This document shows, one piece after another, positions 45,804 through 55,481 of a stretch of 64,000 nucleotides of DNA (the stretch's first letter is position 1; the number at the start of each line of letters is the position of its first letter). The translations under genes and the position numbers were made by a program. Source of the stretch: Minisyncoccota bacterium (GTDB taxonomy: Bacteria; Patescibacteriota; Minisyncoccia; Phycocordibacterales; SBAW01); NCBI GenBank assembly GCA_035546615.1, contig DASZWM010000006.1, positions 144,417-208,416 of the forward strand. The letters run 5' to 3'. The notes under the pieces are model-generated. The model had not been told where the DNA came from, made no database searches, and worked only from the letters and a program-made list of their open reading frames with translations.

Positions 45804-47681
45804 TTATTCAAGCACCGCTTTTATGCGGCGGACACCCGCGGAAACGGCTTCTTCTTTGAGTATCTTGAATGTTCCCGACTCTGAAAGTTGCCCCGTATGC
45901 TCTACATGCGGCCCGCCGCAGAACTCTATCGAAAACGCGTGGTCGAGCGGGCCAATGGAATACACTGAAACGCGCTCCGGATATTTGGCGCCGAACTCGT
46001 GCTCGGCGCCGAGCTTCTCCGCCTCTTCCTTCGGCATCTCAGTGCGAACGACCTGCATATCCTCTTTTATTTTCTCGTTCACGATGCGCTCCACCTCTTT
46101 TTTCTGCTCGTCGGTCATCTTAGCGCCCCAGTTAAAGTCGATGCGGAGGCGCTCCTGCGTGATGTTGCTGCCGCGCTGATGGACCTCGGGGCCAAGCACG
46201 GTCTGAAGCGCTTTGAGGAGGAGGTGGTGCGCGGTGTGAAGCCGCGTCGTCTTCTCGCTGGTGTCAGCCAGGCCGCCCTTAAACTTTTGTTCTGATCCGG
46301 CACGGGAAAGGTCCTGATGCTGGCGCAAAAGTTCTTTGAAGCCTTCGGTATCTATCTGCTTGATGCCCTTCTCCCCCGCTTCTTCAAGTATGAGCTCAAG
46401 CGGAAAGCCATAGGTCGTAACAAGCTGGAACGCGTCCTGCGCCGAAAGGTTGCCGTGGCCGGCGAAGCGCTCGAGCTCGCGCATGCCACGGGCGAGCGTG
46501 GTGCGGAACCGGGCCTCCTCGTCGGCAATAGCTTTCTCGATGCGCTCGCGCTGTTCGCCTACTTCCGGGTAGCTGTCCTGATACATATCGGCGACCGCGC
46601 CGACTATCTGGAAGAGGGCGCCCTCATGCAGGCCGAGCTTATCGGCATAGCGCACCGAGCGGCGCAGAAGGCGGCGGACGAAATATCCCTGGTCGGTATT
46701 GGACGGCTGGACTCCCGCGGCGATAAGAAATACCGCGGCCTTGGTATGGTCGGCCACGATGCGGAACGCTTTTGTCTCTTGCGGATTCTGACCGTAGGCT
46801 TTGCCCGTTGCGCCCGCGAGGAAATGGACGATAGACGCATGCGCGGCGATAAAAATGTCGTTGACGTCGCGTTTGGCCATCGCGATGCGCTCAAGGCCGC
46901 CGCCGAAATCCACGTTCTGCTTCGGGAGAAGCGCGAAGGAGCCGTCCTCTTTCTTTATATATTGCATAAAGACCGAGTTCCCTATCTCAAGGAAGCGGCC
47001 GCAATCGCAGTTAGGATGGCATTCCGGGCCGAATTTGGTGTCATGCGGCGTGCCGAAGTCATAAAATACTTCCGAGTCAGGTCCGCCCGGCTCGCCCGCA
47101 GGCATCTTGTCCGGAGTGCCTGCTCGGGACCACCAGTTCTTCTTTGCGTCGTAGTAAAAGATGCGGCCGCCTTGCATGCCGACCTGGTAGCCGTTCTCTT
47201 CAGAGCCTATCTCAACTACTTTCGCTTCAATGCCTTTGTCGCCAAAGAGCTTCTTCCAAATCTCCGCTGATTCGGTATCGCGCGGAACATTATTTTTTTC
47301 ATCACCCAGGAAGGCCGTTACATACAGCTTCTGCGGGTCGAGCCCGACGACGCCGGTCAGGAACTCGAAGAAGAACGGCAATTGCTCATCCTTAAAATAA
47401 TCGCCGAGGCTCCAGTTGCCGAGCATCTCGAAGAAGGTCGTGTGGCGGTTGTCGCCTATCTCCTCTATATCGCCGGAACGGAAGCACTTCTGCGAGTCTA
47501 CAAGCCGCGTACCCGCCGGATGGTTCTTGCCGAGCAAGTACGGAACGAGCGGCTGCATGCCTGAACCGGTAAAGAGCGTGGTCGGATCGTTCTCGGGCAC
47601 CAAAGAAGAGCTCGGGATGACCGTGTGCCCTTTTGACTTGAAGAATTCAAGGTATTTCGACCGCAACTCGTTGAGCTCCAT
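45804..47681 (-). CDS. alaS: Alanyl-tRNA synthetase, short form lacking the C-Ala domain
   Basis: Class II AlaRS catalytic core plus editing domain (HxxxH ... CGGPHV). 625 aa, versus ~870 typical. Confidence 0.85.
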   Translation of the reverse strand: MELNELRSKYLEFFKSKGHTVIPSSSLVPENDPTTLFTGSGMQPLVPYLLGKNHPAGTRLVDSQKCFRSGDIEEIGDNRHTTFFEMLGNWSLGDYFKDEQLPFFFEFLTGVVGLDPQKLYVTAFLGDEKNNVPRDTESAEIWKKLFGDKGIEAKVVEIGSEENGYQVGMQGGRIFYYDAKKNWWSRAGTPDKMPAGEPGGPDSEVFYDFGTPHDTKFGPECHPNCDCGRFLEIGNSVFMQYIKKEDGSFALLPKQNVDFGGGLERIAMAKRDVNDIFIAAHASIVHFLAGATGKAYGQNPQETKAFRIVADHTKAAVFLIAAGVQPSNTDQGYFVRRLLRRSVRYADKLGLHEGALFQIVGAVADMYQDSYPEVGEQRERIEKAIADEEARFRTTLARGMRELERFAGHGNLSAQDAFQLVTTYGFPLELILEEAGEKGIKQIDTEGFKELLRQHQDLSRAGSEQKFKGGLADTSEKTTRLHTAHHLLLKALQTVLGPEVHQRGSNITQERLRIDFNWGAKMTDEQKKEVERIVNEKIKEDMQVVRTEMPKEEAEKLGAEHEFGAKYPERVSVYSIGPLDHAFSIEFCGGPHVEHTGQLSESGTFKILKEEAVSAGVRRIKAVLE

Positions 47682-47700
47682 AGCTTTCTATTATATAGAC

Positions 47701-49470
47701 TTATTTCGAAACGGCCTTCTCAAGCGCCACAACGTCCCGCTCTATTCCCTTGAGGCCTTCGAGGAATACATCGGGCTTGTAGAGATCGAGGCCGCAGGCT
47801 GCGAAAATATCTTCCGGCGAAGCGCTTCCGCCGGCGCATAGGAACGTGTCGACGTTTTTGATAAACGTCGGGTCTTTGCGGACCTTTTCTAAAAGCGCGC
47901 GGGAAATAAGAAGGCCGTACGCGTAGGAATATACATAGAAGAAACGGCGGATATGCCCCCATGCGACAAAAAAATATCCGTCGTCCGGGGTAAGAGCGAC
48001 CGCCTCGCCCAAATACGCCGCCATGTGCTTGTTCATAAGCGCGGCAATGCCTTCTTTCGGCAAAAGGCCTTTGGCGCGGATGGTGTTGTGGAGCTCGGTC
48101 TCGAAGTTGAAGCACGCTATCTGGCGGAACACTGTTGAGACATCGTCCTGCGCACGGTCATGCAGGGCAATAAGCTTCTCATTCTCCGGGAGCATATCTG
48201 CCAGCGCTTCGAATGCCGCGCGCTCGAAGAACGTGCTGGCGACCTCGGCGGTCGAGATGGTGTGGCCCTGGTACAGCGGCCGCTGCGTTTTGCTGCGCTC
48301 CGCGTGCACCGCGTGGCCCATTTCGTGCGCGAGCGTCAAAAGCGAATGCGCGTCGTCCACATGGTTGAGAAGCACCAATGTCGGCGTACCGATGGTACTT
48401 GAGCAGTAGGCGCCGGAGGTCTTCCCCTTCTTCGGGTATACGTCTACCTGGCCGTTCTGAAGCAGGCGGTCAAAAATGGCGGCGTAGGCCGGGTCGAGCT
48501 TGCTGAAAGTCTCGCGCACGACCTTTGCGGCGTCGGCAAAAGGTATCTTCTTCTTTATATCGCCCACCGACGCCGTGCGGTCGGCGTAGGAGAGCTTCTT
48601 CTCCTTCATCATCTTCGCCTTCGCGCGGTAGAAGCGCTGCGCGATGCCGAAATTCTTGGTAACCACGTCAACGAGCGTAAGAATACTCTTGCGGTCGTTC
48701 TCGTAGCCGATGATGGTCGCGTCGTACGGCTCCTTGAAGCCGCGCAGCTCGTCGCCTATTTTCTTGCGCGCCACTATCGCGTTAAGCTCGCTTTCCGCCA
48801 TCTGCGCCGCGGATTTGTACGCCGTATTTACGATCGTATACAGCGCGCGGCGCTTAGGCGTCGGCAAGGCCTTAAGGAGCTCCTGGGCCGAGTTGAGCGG
48901 CATTTCCTTCCCTTCCCAGACGACCGATTTGGTATTAAGGATGTTATCGACCGCCTGTATCCACCGGCCGAACGAGACATCGGAAAGAAGCGACATGAGC
49001 TTCTCTTCAGGCTCGGAAAGATTGTACTTCGCGTTCTCGAACAAGCGCTCAAGCCAATAACGGAATCCGCTCAGCTCTTTGGCGGCAACGAACTTCTTTT
49101 GCGCAGGCGCCGGAACTTTTGCAAGCTCCAGCTCGAAGAAGAGCAGGCTGTTTCCGCGCTTGGTAAACCGCTCGTCCAGCACGTTCATGAGCGCCTCGGC
49201 CTCTTTGTCGTCGCTGTCGAGCTCTTTGCGGTAGTTGGCGTACAAAAGCGGCGCGGAGGATGCGGCGACCATAAGATTTTCGTACGACTCAAGCGCCTTA
49301 GCGAGCGCCTTCGGGTCCGTGAGCCACTTCTTATTTCTGGAATATTCGCGCGCGAAAGCGGTCACTGCCTTGTCGCCCGCCTCGACATCGCGCATCAGCC
49401 GGGGGTCCTTGAGCGACTTGTAGAAAAGCCGGTTAAGTTCCCACTGGGTCTTCAATTTCATGCTACGCAC
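47701..49470 (-). CDS. pepF: Oligoendopeptidase F (M3B family)
   Basis: HEMGH zinc motif and M3-family layout. Confidence 0.8.
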   Translation of the reverse strand: MRSMKLKTQWELNRLFYKSLKDPRLMRDVEAGDKAVTAFAREYSRNKKWLTDPKALAKALESYENLMVAASSAPLLYANYRKELDSDDKEAEALMNVLDERFTKRGNSLLFFELELAKVPAPAQKKFVAAKELSGFRYWLERLFENAKYNLSEPEEKLMSLLSDVSFGRWIQAVDNILNTKSVVWEGKEMPLNSAQELLKALPTPKRRALYTIVNTAYKSAAQMAESELNAIVARKKIGDELRGFKEPYDATIIGYENDRKSILTLVDVVTKNFGIAQRFYRAKAKMMKEKKLSYADRTASVGDIKKKIPFADAAKVVRETFSKLDPAYAAIFDRLLQNGQVDVYPKKGKTSGAYCSSTIGTPTLVLLNHVDDAHSLLTLAHEMGHAVHAERSKTQRPLYQGHTISTAEVASTFFERAAFEALADMLPENEKLIALHDRAQDDVSTVFRQIACFNFETELHNTIRAKGLLPKEGIAALMNKHMAAYLGEAVALTPDDGYFFVAWGHIRRFFYVYSYAYGLLISRALLEKVRKDPTFIKNVDTFLCAGGSASPEDIFAACGLDLYKPDVFLEGLKGIERDVVALEKAVSK

Positions 49471-49488
49471 AATAGCTTAAAAACGCCT

Positions 49489-50157
49489 CTACAGCCAGTC
49501 GATGGGCTTCTCGCCATGCTCTTGTAAATACGCGTTCGCTTTTGAAAAGGGCTTTGAGCCGAAGAAGCCGTTCGCTGCGGAAAACGGCGACGGATGCGCC
49601 GATTCAATGACCAAATGCTTGCTGCGCTCGATGGAGGTACCCTTCTGCCGCGCGTAATTTCCCCAGAGAATAAAAACAAGATGCTCGCGCTCGCTTGAGA
49701 GCGCTTGTATCGCCGCGTCGGTAAACTGCTCCCAACCCTTCCCTTGATGCGAGCCGGCCAAGCCTCCGCGCACGGTGAGCGTTGCATTAAGGAGCAGCAC
49801 GCCTTGCTTAGCCCACCGGCTCAGGTCGCCGCTCGTATGCACTAAGGGTTTGCCGAGATCGCTTTCTATTTCCTTAAAAATATTCTGGAGGGAGGGGGGC
49901 GGGCGCACCCCTTCCTCTACCGCAAAAGAAAGGCCATTAGCCTGCTTCGCACCATGATACGGGTCTTGCCCGAGTATGACAACCTTCACTTCATTGAACG
50001 GCGTCAGCTCGAACGCGCGGAATATGTTCTTGGGCGGAGGATAAATAGTTCCGCTTACATATTCCTTCTTTACAAAGGCAGTAAGCTCTTCAAAATACGG
50101 CTTTCCGAACTCCGCTTCCAAATGCTTTTTCCAGGAAGCCTCGATCTTTACGTCCAT
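49489..50157 (-). CDS. ung: Uracil-DNA glycosylase (family 1)
   Basis: GQDPYH water-activating motif and C-terminal HPSPLS motif. Start trimmed to MDVKIE. Confidence 0.85.
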   Translation of the reverse strand: MDVKIEASWKKHLEAEFGKPYFEELTAFVKKEYVSGTIYPPPKNIFRAFELTPFNEVKVVILGQDPYHGAKQANGLSFAVEEGVRPPPSLQNIFKEIESDLGKPLVHTSGDLSRWAKQGVLLLNATLTVRGGLAGSHQGKGWEQFTDAAIQALSSEREHLVFILWGNYARQKGTSIERSKHLVIESAHPSPFSAANGFFGSKPFSKANAYLQEHGEKPIDWL

Positions 50158-50219
50158 GCCGCCAGTATACAAAATCGACCGCAAAAATTCGCGGTCGATT
50201 CAGCATTCTGGTTTTCCTT

Positions 50220-50540
50220 TTACCAACAGGCGGCATGCCCCGACCAGTTCACGTTGCACGTAAGCCTGTTCTTGGACGGGTCCTTGAGAAAGGCCACCGC
50301 CTCCCGGGCGTTGGTATCGCTCCAGGCCTTCTGGCCGCTGCAGTCCAGCTGCGTCGAAATAGAAGTAGCGGTGCCGGATACCCCGGTTACCGTGCAGGCC
50401 GCCTCATGTTGAGACTCAAGAAGCCTGATTGCCGGAGACTGCGAAAAGAACGCCGCCGCGATGCACAGGAGTATTCCTGCCAATATCCAAGGAACAGTTC
50501 TTTCCCGCCGGACTTGGGGATCTACGAACGAAGGGGACAT
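50220..50540 (-). CDS. Hypothetical Cys-rich secreted/membrane protein (106 aa)
   Basis: One TM/signal segment. Six Cys. Confidence 0.4.
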   Translation of the reverse strand: MSPSFVDPQVRRERTVPWILAGILLCIAAAFFSQSPAIRLLESQHEAACTVTGVSGTATSISTQLDCSGQKAWSDTNAREAVAFLKDPSKNRLTCNVNWSGHAACW

Positions 50541-50571
50541 GTGGCACCTTTCTTTGGTTGGTCCAGTCCTA

Positions 50572-50877
50572 CTATATGATAGCTCCCTCTTTTTTCAAAA
50601 GAGCGCGCTTCGCTTTTTCTCCGCCGCGGTTGTAGTTCCCTATTGTGCCGTCGGCACGGATGACGCGGTGGCACGGAATTTTGGGGTCGAAATTCTTCGA
50701 CATCCAGTAGCCCACCGCGCGCGCGGCTCCTGCGTTGCCGGCCTTCTTGGCGACCATAGCATAGGTCATGACCTGACCCTTTGGAATTTTGGCGACTACG
50801 GCGCGTACCTTCTTCGCGAACGGGGAATACTGCACGTCGTCTTTAGAAGAGCTGCGGTGTGGTTTGTTCTTCTTCAT
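50572..50877 (-). CDS. ogt: Stand-alone methylated-DNA-protein-cysteine methyltransferase domain
   Basis: Active-site PCHRV and HTH; only 101 aa, with no N-terminal domain. Overlaps the upstream nuclease gene by 35 nt. Confidence 0.75.
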   Translation of the reverse strand: MKKNKPHRSSSKDDVQYSPFAKKVRAVVAKIPKGQVMTYAMVAKKAGNAGAARAVGYWMSKNFDPKIPCHRVIRADGTIGNYNRGGEKAKRALLKKEGAII

Positions 50878-51700
50878 GGCCTTTTTCTTTTTTTGCTAAT
50901 TTCTTTGGTTCCGGCACAGCGGGTTTTTCCTTTTCCGCATTCTGCGCCGCCCATAAGGCCTTTCCTGCTGATTCGCGGTAGCGGCAGTAATCGCAGTCCG
51001 CTCCCGCCGGAGGTATCTCGCCGCTGTCCAGACACTTCTTGAGCGCGAGCAGCGTCCCTTCTACCCAGTCAGTTGACCCTTTGTACGGCACGAGCGTCAG
51101 CTCGAAGTCGAGCTTGCCGTCGAAGGCCTCCCGGTCCTTGGTCGCGTTGGCATAGAACCAGTAGCCCATATCGGACACCTTGAAGCCGTTCTGGCGCAGG
51201 AGCCATTGATATACCTCAAGCTGGCGCTTGTAGCCCTTGTGCCACTCCTCGTCGAGGCTCTCGATGCGGCCGTCCTTGCTGGTAGCCTTGTAGTCGATGA
51301 CGATGAGCTCGCCGTCGGGGGTTACCCAGATGTCATCAACGCCGCCGCGCACAAGCAACCCCGTTTCCTTATGGAGCCACTGCACCCCGTGCCTGAGGGC
51401 GTCGCGCCATTCGTCCATTTTTTCGTGCGCGAGCGGGACGGCGTCGAGGCCGTAGGCTTTCGCGAGCGGATGCTGAGTGCCCTTCGCGCGATGCGCGTCC
51501 AGCTCCTTCTTAAGGAGCGCGTCGACCGCCGAGTTGAGGTTGAACGGGAATCCCGGCGGCCTGGCGACGCCGAGCTTGTTGTCCAGATAGAAGCACCGCT
51601 GGCAATCCAAAAAGAGATCTATTTTGGAGCGCGACAGCGTCCACTTGGGGCCGCCGTAGTTGTAGTCGGGCTTGCGATTGGGCTTATAGTATTGGCTCAC
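50843..51700 (-). CDS. PD-(D/E)XK nuclease with predicted Fe-S cluster (Cas4/AddB-like)
   Basis: DDIW...IDYK (D-ExK), QxxxY (RQLEVY), N-terminal CxxC and C-terminal CxxC. Confidence 0.65.
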   Translation of the reverse strand: MSQYYKPNRKPDYNYGGPKWTLSRSKIDLFLDCQRCFYLDNKLGVARPPGFPFNLNSAVDALLKKELDAHRAKGTQHPLAKAYGLDAVPLAHEKMDEWRDALRHGVQWLHKETGLLVRGGVDDIWVTPDGELIVIDYKATSKDGRIESLDEEWHKGYKRQLEVYQWLLRQNGFKVSDMGYWFYANATKDREAFDGKLDFELTLVPYKGSTDWVEGTLLALKKCLDSGEIPPAGADCDYCRYRESAGKALWAAQNAEKEKPAVPEPKKLAKKEKGHEEEQTTPQLF

Positions 51701-51728
51701 TGAGCCATTCTACACCATGGGCCCGAGG

Positions 51729-52214
51729 TCAGTCTAAGGTCGTCCCGTATTTTGCGCGTATCGAGTTTTCCACGCGCAGGAACAGCGTGAATATCGCGAG
51801 CGCGAGCACGGTCGCAACGAGGGCGAGAAGGTAGAACCCGAATCCGCATGCCATGCCGACGCCCGCGGCGACCCAGATGCCTGTAGCGGTCGTCAGTTCA
51901 ACCGGATGGTCGCCCCGCAGCAGGCTCAATCCCGAGCCGATGAAGCCGATGCCGATGATGACCGAGCCGGCCAACTGGAGCGGGTTGACGCCCGGAAAGA
52001 GCGCGCCGAGCTGGAGGCTTGCAAGCGTGCCGAGTATCGCGAACAGGCATGAGCCGAGGCTCACCAGCGCGTAGGTGCGCATCCCCGCGTGCTTGCCCGC
52101 AACCGAGCGTTCAAGCCCCAGCATCGCGCCGAGGAAAGCGGAAATGACAAGCGCCCAGACGAAATCAATTTCGGTTACGGGAAGCGGCCATGCGTGAATG
52201 AGCGATGCGGTCAT
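51729..52214 (-). CDS. mgtC: MgtC/SapB family membrane protein
   Basis: GLERSVAGKHAGMRT matches the MgtC motif. Four TM segments. Confidence 0.75.
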   Translation of the reverse strand: MTASLIHAWPLPVTEIDFVWALVISAFLGAMLGLERSVAGKHAGMRTYALVSLGSCLFAILGTLASLQLGALFPGVNPLQLAGSVIIGIGFIGSGLSLLRGDHPVELTTATGIWVAAGVGMACGFGFYLLALVATVLALAIFTLFLRVENSIRAKYGTTLD

Positions 52215-52218
52215 GCGA

Positions 52219-52965
52219 TTAGCGGGTCTTGAAGGTGTACCAGACGACTTTGCCGTCAGCCCCCGTCACTTGCTTGTCGCCGTGGAGCGAGAAGACGCGG
52301 TCGTTGCCGGTGTCTGCGCTTTCGCCCACAAGATAGGTCTGATTAGGCTGGGTCGCGCGAAGAAGGCTGACGGTGCCCGCCTTGCCGTTTTGCTCGGGGA
52401 AGAAAAGGGTGGCGCCAAGCGCGCGGCCGGGAGCGCCGTTGAGGGACTCATACACGACTACCCACGTAGGAGCGGAAACGGTGGCGCTGGTTATCGCGAC
52501 GGTAAGCCCCGCGTTCTGCGGAGAGGCCACGGTAAGGGAACCGGTGCCCGAAGCCATGGTCGGTACGCCGGTCATGTCGGTGCCGTTCGTATCAGTGTTA
52601 ACACCGGTTTCGGTAGAAGTTGCGACGGTACCGGTTGCGCCGTTATTGGAGCCGCCCCACAGCGACCACGCGACGATAAGGAGGATGACCACTACTACCG
52701 CGCCCGCGAGCATGCCCATGCGCTTGGACGAGGCGGGATCAGACGGCTGGTTCTTTGATGCGGAAGGCGATGATTGCTTGTTCTGCTGCATCGGCGCAGA
52801 GGACTTCTGATTGTTTGCCGCGCCGCCGGTCGGCATGAGCGACGGCGTGCTTGCAGCACCCGCTGCCGGCTGCGACCATGACAATCCCGCCGGCTTCTGA
52901 TTCTGGCCGGACGCGCTACCGCCCTGCCCTGAGTTCGAGTTCTGACCCGGAGTATTCGTTTGCAT
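52219..52965 (-). CDS. Hypothetical membrane-anchored protein, low-complexity N-terminus, globular C-terminal domain
   Basis: Gln/Ser/Pro-rich N-terminus, one TM, Thr-rich linker. Confidence 0.45.
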   Translation of the reverse strand: MQTNTPGQNSNSGQGGSASGQNQKPAGLSWSQPAAGAASTPSLMPTGGAANNQKSSAPMQQNKQSSPSASKNQPSDPASSKRMGMLAGAVVVVILLIVAWSLWGGSNNGATGTVATSTETGVNTDTNGTDMTGVPTMASGTGSLTVASPQNAGLTVAITSATVSAPTWVVVYESLNGAPGRALGATLFFPEQNGKAGTVSLLRATQPNQTYLVGESADTGNDRVFSLHGDKQVTGADGKVVWYTFKTR

Positions 52966-53024
52966 ACAGTGTGTTATCGATCAAGAAAATTAATAAAGGT
53001 TAGACCTGTTTCCCAGTACCCTTA

Positions 53025-53843
53025 TCATATACCGACTCCCGGGACGCACAATGCGCCCACTTCCTCAAGCACCTGGTCCGCGCGCGGGCCGGTTATGCCC
53101 GCCCGCGCAAGGACGTCGGTATTGTCGGGAAGCCCCTTGCACAGGACCATGCGCTCGCTCAACAGAGCCGTTTTTTCGTGAGCGCTTAGGGTGGTAAGCG
53201 CGGTTACCGGATAGAGCCCGGCCTTTTCTATCCGGTCATGGAGGTTATTCCCCTGGGGATAATCCCAGCTGAGGAGCTCGAGGCCCGCGCAGGCGGCGTA
53301 CTGCTCGGCCTTGGAGGTGAATTTGGTGTTGGTAACGACCAGGCCTCTGCCCTTTCCGATATCGTCTATGCGCGCCTTCACGTACAGCACCGTCTTGAGG
53401 TCGGTCTTGAATCCGGCCGCGTTGTGGAACTTCGCTTCCGCATACATGGTCTCGCCGCCCTTCGTCATGACCACGTCCACCTCGTGGTCGACGCAGTGCC
53501 CCTGTATCATCTGGTCCACTTTCGTCTCCCAGCCCTCGACGCGGTACAGCTCCGCTATGAAAGATTCGAACGGGAATCCGGACGGGCCGAAATCGAGCAC
53601 CGCCCGCTTCAGGCTGTAGCGCGCGGCCACGGCATGGCGATGCTCGCGCAGGCGCGCGAACGCGCGGGAATATATTTCCTGCGTAGAGATGCCGCTCCAG
53701 AGCTCTTTTTTGACGCTCCCGAGTATCTGCGAGGCGGCGTCCTCCTTGGCGCCCGCGCGGGTAAGCGACGCTATCAATTTGCGCGGATCAAACGGCTCCT
53801 GGGTCCCGTCCGCCTTAACGACTAGTATTTCTTCTTTCGGCAT
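53025..53843 (-). CDS. ATP-cone domain protein fused to Mrr-like (PD-(D/E)XK) restriction-endonuclease domain
   Basis: N-terminal ATP-cone (ILVVKADGTQEPFDPRKL...). Core DHEVDVV...YAEAK resembles the Mrr catalytic domain. Confidence 0.6.
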   Translation of the reverse strand: MPKEEILVVKADGTQEPFDPRKLIASLTRAGAKEDAASQILGSVKKELWSGISTQEIYSRAFARLREHRHAVAARYSLKRAVLDFGPSGFPFESFIAELYRVEGWETKVDQMIQGHCVDHEVDVVMTKGGETMYAEAKFHNAAGFKTDLKTVLYVKARIDDIGKGRGLVVTNTKFTSKAEQYAACAGLELLSWDYPQGNNLHDRIEKAGLYPVTALTTLSAHEKTALLSERMVLCKGLPDNTDVLARAGITGPRADQVLEEVGALCVPGVGI

Positions 53844-53845
53844 AG

Positions 53846-54940
53846 TTATGCGGTAAGTGTAGCATTTGTTATGACCCCGCCTCCAAGGCAGCGCTCCCCG
53901 CGATACAGCACCAGCGACTGGCCCTGCGGCATGTAATGGGGTTCGTCGATGGTTACTTCCTTTCCGCCTTCAGCGAGCATCGCCGGCATCAGCGCCTGGC
54001 GATAGCGGTAGCGCGCCTCGCATGCGCCCTCGCCTCTTTCGCCGATCCAGTTGGCGTGCTCCAGGGCGACGATGGTCTTGCGCATGCCCTGCGGGAATTT
54101 CTCGGCCGAGACGGTTATCGTATTCTTTTTCGCGTCCTTGCCGATGACGTAGCGCGCCTCTTCGTGAGGAACGTCGTGATACAGCGAGAAACCGTGCCGC
54201 TGGCCGAGCGTATACAGCGCCGCTCCGCGATGCTCGCCGATGACCGCGCCGTGTTCGTCAAGCACGCTGCCCGGCTCCGGCGCCGCTTCGCGCTCCAGCA
54301 TGTCTTCTATTGATATGTCGCCGAGGAAACATAACCCCTGACTGTCGGGGCGCCTGGCATTAGGGAGGCCGAACTTCTTCGCGAGCGAGCGCACAGCCGG
54401 CTTTTCCATGGAACCCACGGGAAACAGCGTGCGACGCAATGCCTCCTGCCGCACCGCCCATAAAAAATAGCTTTGGTCCTTGTTCTTATCGGCTCCCATA
54501 TAGAGAAGCCCTTCGCGAGCCTGCGCGTAGTGGCCGGTCGCCACAACATCGGCGCCGCGGGACATGCAGAAGTCGTAAAAGGCGCCGAACTTTATCTTCT
54601 CGTTGCACAAGGTGTCGGGGTTGGGCGTGTTCCCCTTCTTGAACTCGCCAATGGACGGAAGGAACACCTCGCGCTCGTACTCCTTCGACAGGTCCACCTC
54701 GATGAACGGAATGTTGAGATGCGCGGCAACCCGCATGGCTTCTATGCGGTCGCGCGCGGCCGGGCACGGGTAGCCGGGGATCTGTATCTTTATGAAAACG
54801 CCCGTCACATCCCGGCCTTCGCGCTTGAGGAGCGCGGCGGAAACGGCGGAGTCGACTCCGCCGGAAAGGCCCACGAATACTTTCTTATTACTGGGCGGTG
54901 GTGCTTGCCGTCGTAGTAGCGGCCGTAGTAGTTGAAACAT
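53846..54940 (-). CDS. mnmA: tRNA-specific 2-thiouridylase MnmA
   Basis: PP-loop SGGVDS and MnmA catalytic Cys. N-terminal 53 nt overlap the upstream gene, so the true start may be later or non-ATG. Confidence 0.8.
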   Translation of the reverse strand: MFQLLRPLLRRQAPPPSNKKVFVGLSGGVDSAVSAALLKREGRDVTGVFIKIQIPGYPCPAARDRIEAMRVAAHLNIPFIEVDLSKEYEREVFLPSIGEFKKGNTPNPDTLCNEKIKFGAFYDFCMSRGADVVATGHYAQAREGLLYMGADKNKDQSYFLWAVRQEALRRTLFPVGSMEKPAVRSLAKKFGLPNARRPDSQGLCFLGDISIEDMLEREAAPEPGSVLDEHGAVIGEHRGAALYTLGQRHGFSLYHDVPHEEARYVIGKDAKKNTITVSAEKFPQGMRKTIVALEHANWIGERGEGACEARYRYRQALMPAMLAEGGKEVTIDEPHYMPQGQSLVLYRGERCLGGGVITNATLTA

Positions 54941-55472
54941 CAGGGGTCGGCACTATATCGATAGGAGCGGGCTCGACCGGCGCGGGCTCGTACACCGGCG
55001 TCGGCTCCGGCATGCTGAGGCCGAGCATTCCCAGGACAAGGTTTGGCTGGAAGTAGAACAAGGCGCCGAGCCCCGCTATGAGAACCACGAGAAGGATGAG
55101 GAGCATGTACAAAAGCCCGTGGCCTTTCTTTGCGGCGACCCGCGCGGTGCTGAGCTCGGAGGCGGCCATGACGGGCCGGGGCTGCATGGCGGGCGCGGTG
55201 GGCGAGCCGAATTGCCCGCCCATAGGCTGGAGCGGCGGGACATTCGGATTGGGCTGCATCGGAGGCGTAATAACGCGCGGCGCCACCGGGCCCGGGGTTG
55301 CGGGAGGAGGGGGCGGCGGAGGCGGGGTCTGCACCCCATCTATCGCCATGAACGCTTCGGCGACGTCCTGCTGGGTCCAGCCACCTTGCGCGAGCGCCTG
55401 GGTTATCGCTTCTTTTGAAAGTCCGGAGGCGCGCTGCGCGCGGACATAATCGAGGAGCTGCGGATTTATCAT
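54888..55472 (-). CDS. Hypothetical Pro-rich membrane protein
   Basis: Small N-terminal helical domain, poly-Pro, one TM, Thr-rich tail. Confidence 0.45.
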   Translation of the reverse strand: MINPQLLDYVRAQRASGLSKEAITQALAQGGWTQQDVAEAFMAIDGVQTPPPPPPPPATPGPVAPRVITPPMQPNPNVPPLQPMGGQFGSPTAPAMQPRPVMAASELSTARVAAKKGHGLLYMLLILLVVLIAGLGALFYFQPNLVLGMLGLSMPEPTPVYEPAPVEPAPIDIVPTPDVSTTTAATTTASTTAQ

Positions 55473-55481
55473 GGGTTTATT

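Noticed and set aside
54888-54940. 53-nt overlap between mnmA and the upstream Pro-rich gene, and 35-nt overlap between ogt and the nuclease gene, as evidence of frameshifts or pseudogenes
   Set aside because: Both partners are full-length with intact motifs. The overlaps are more simply explained by alternative or non-ATG starts or translational coupling.
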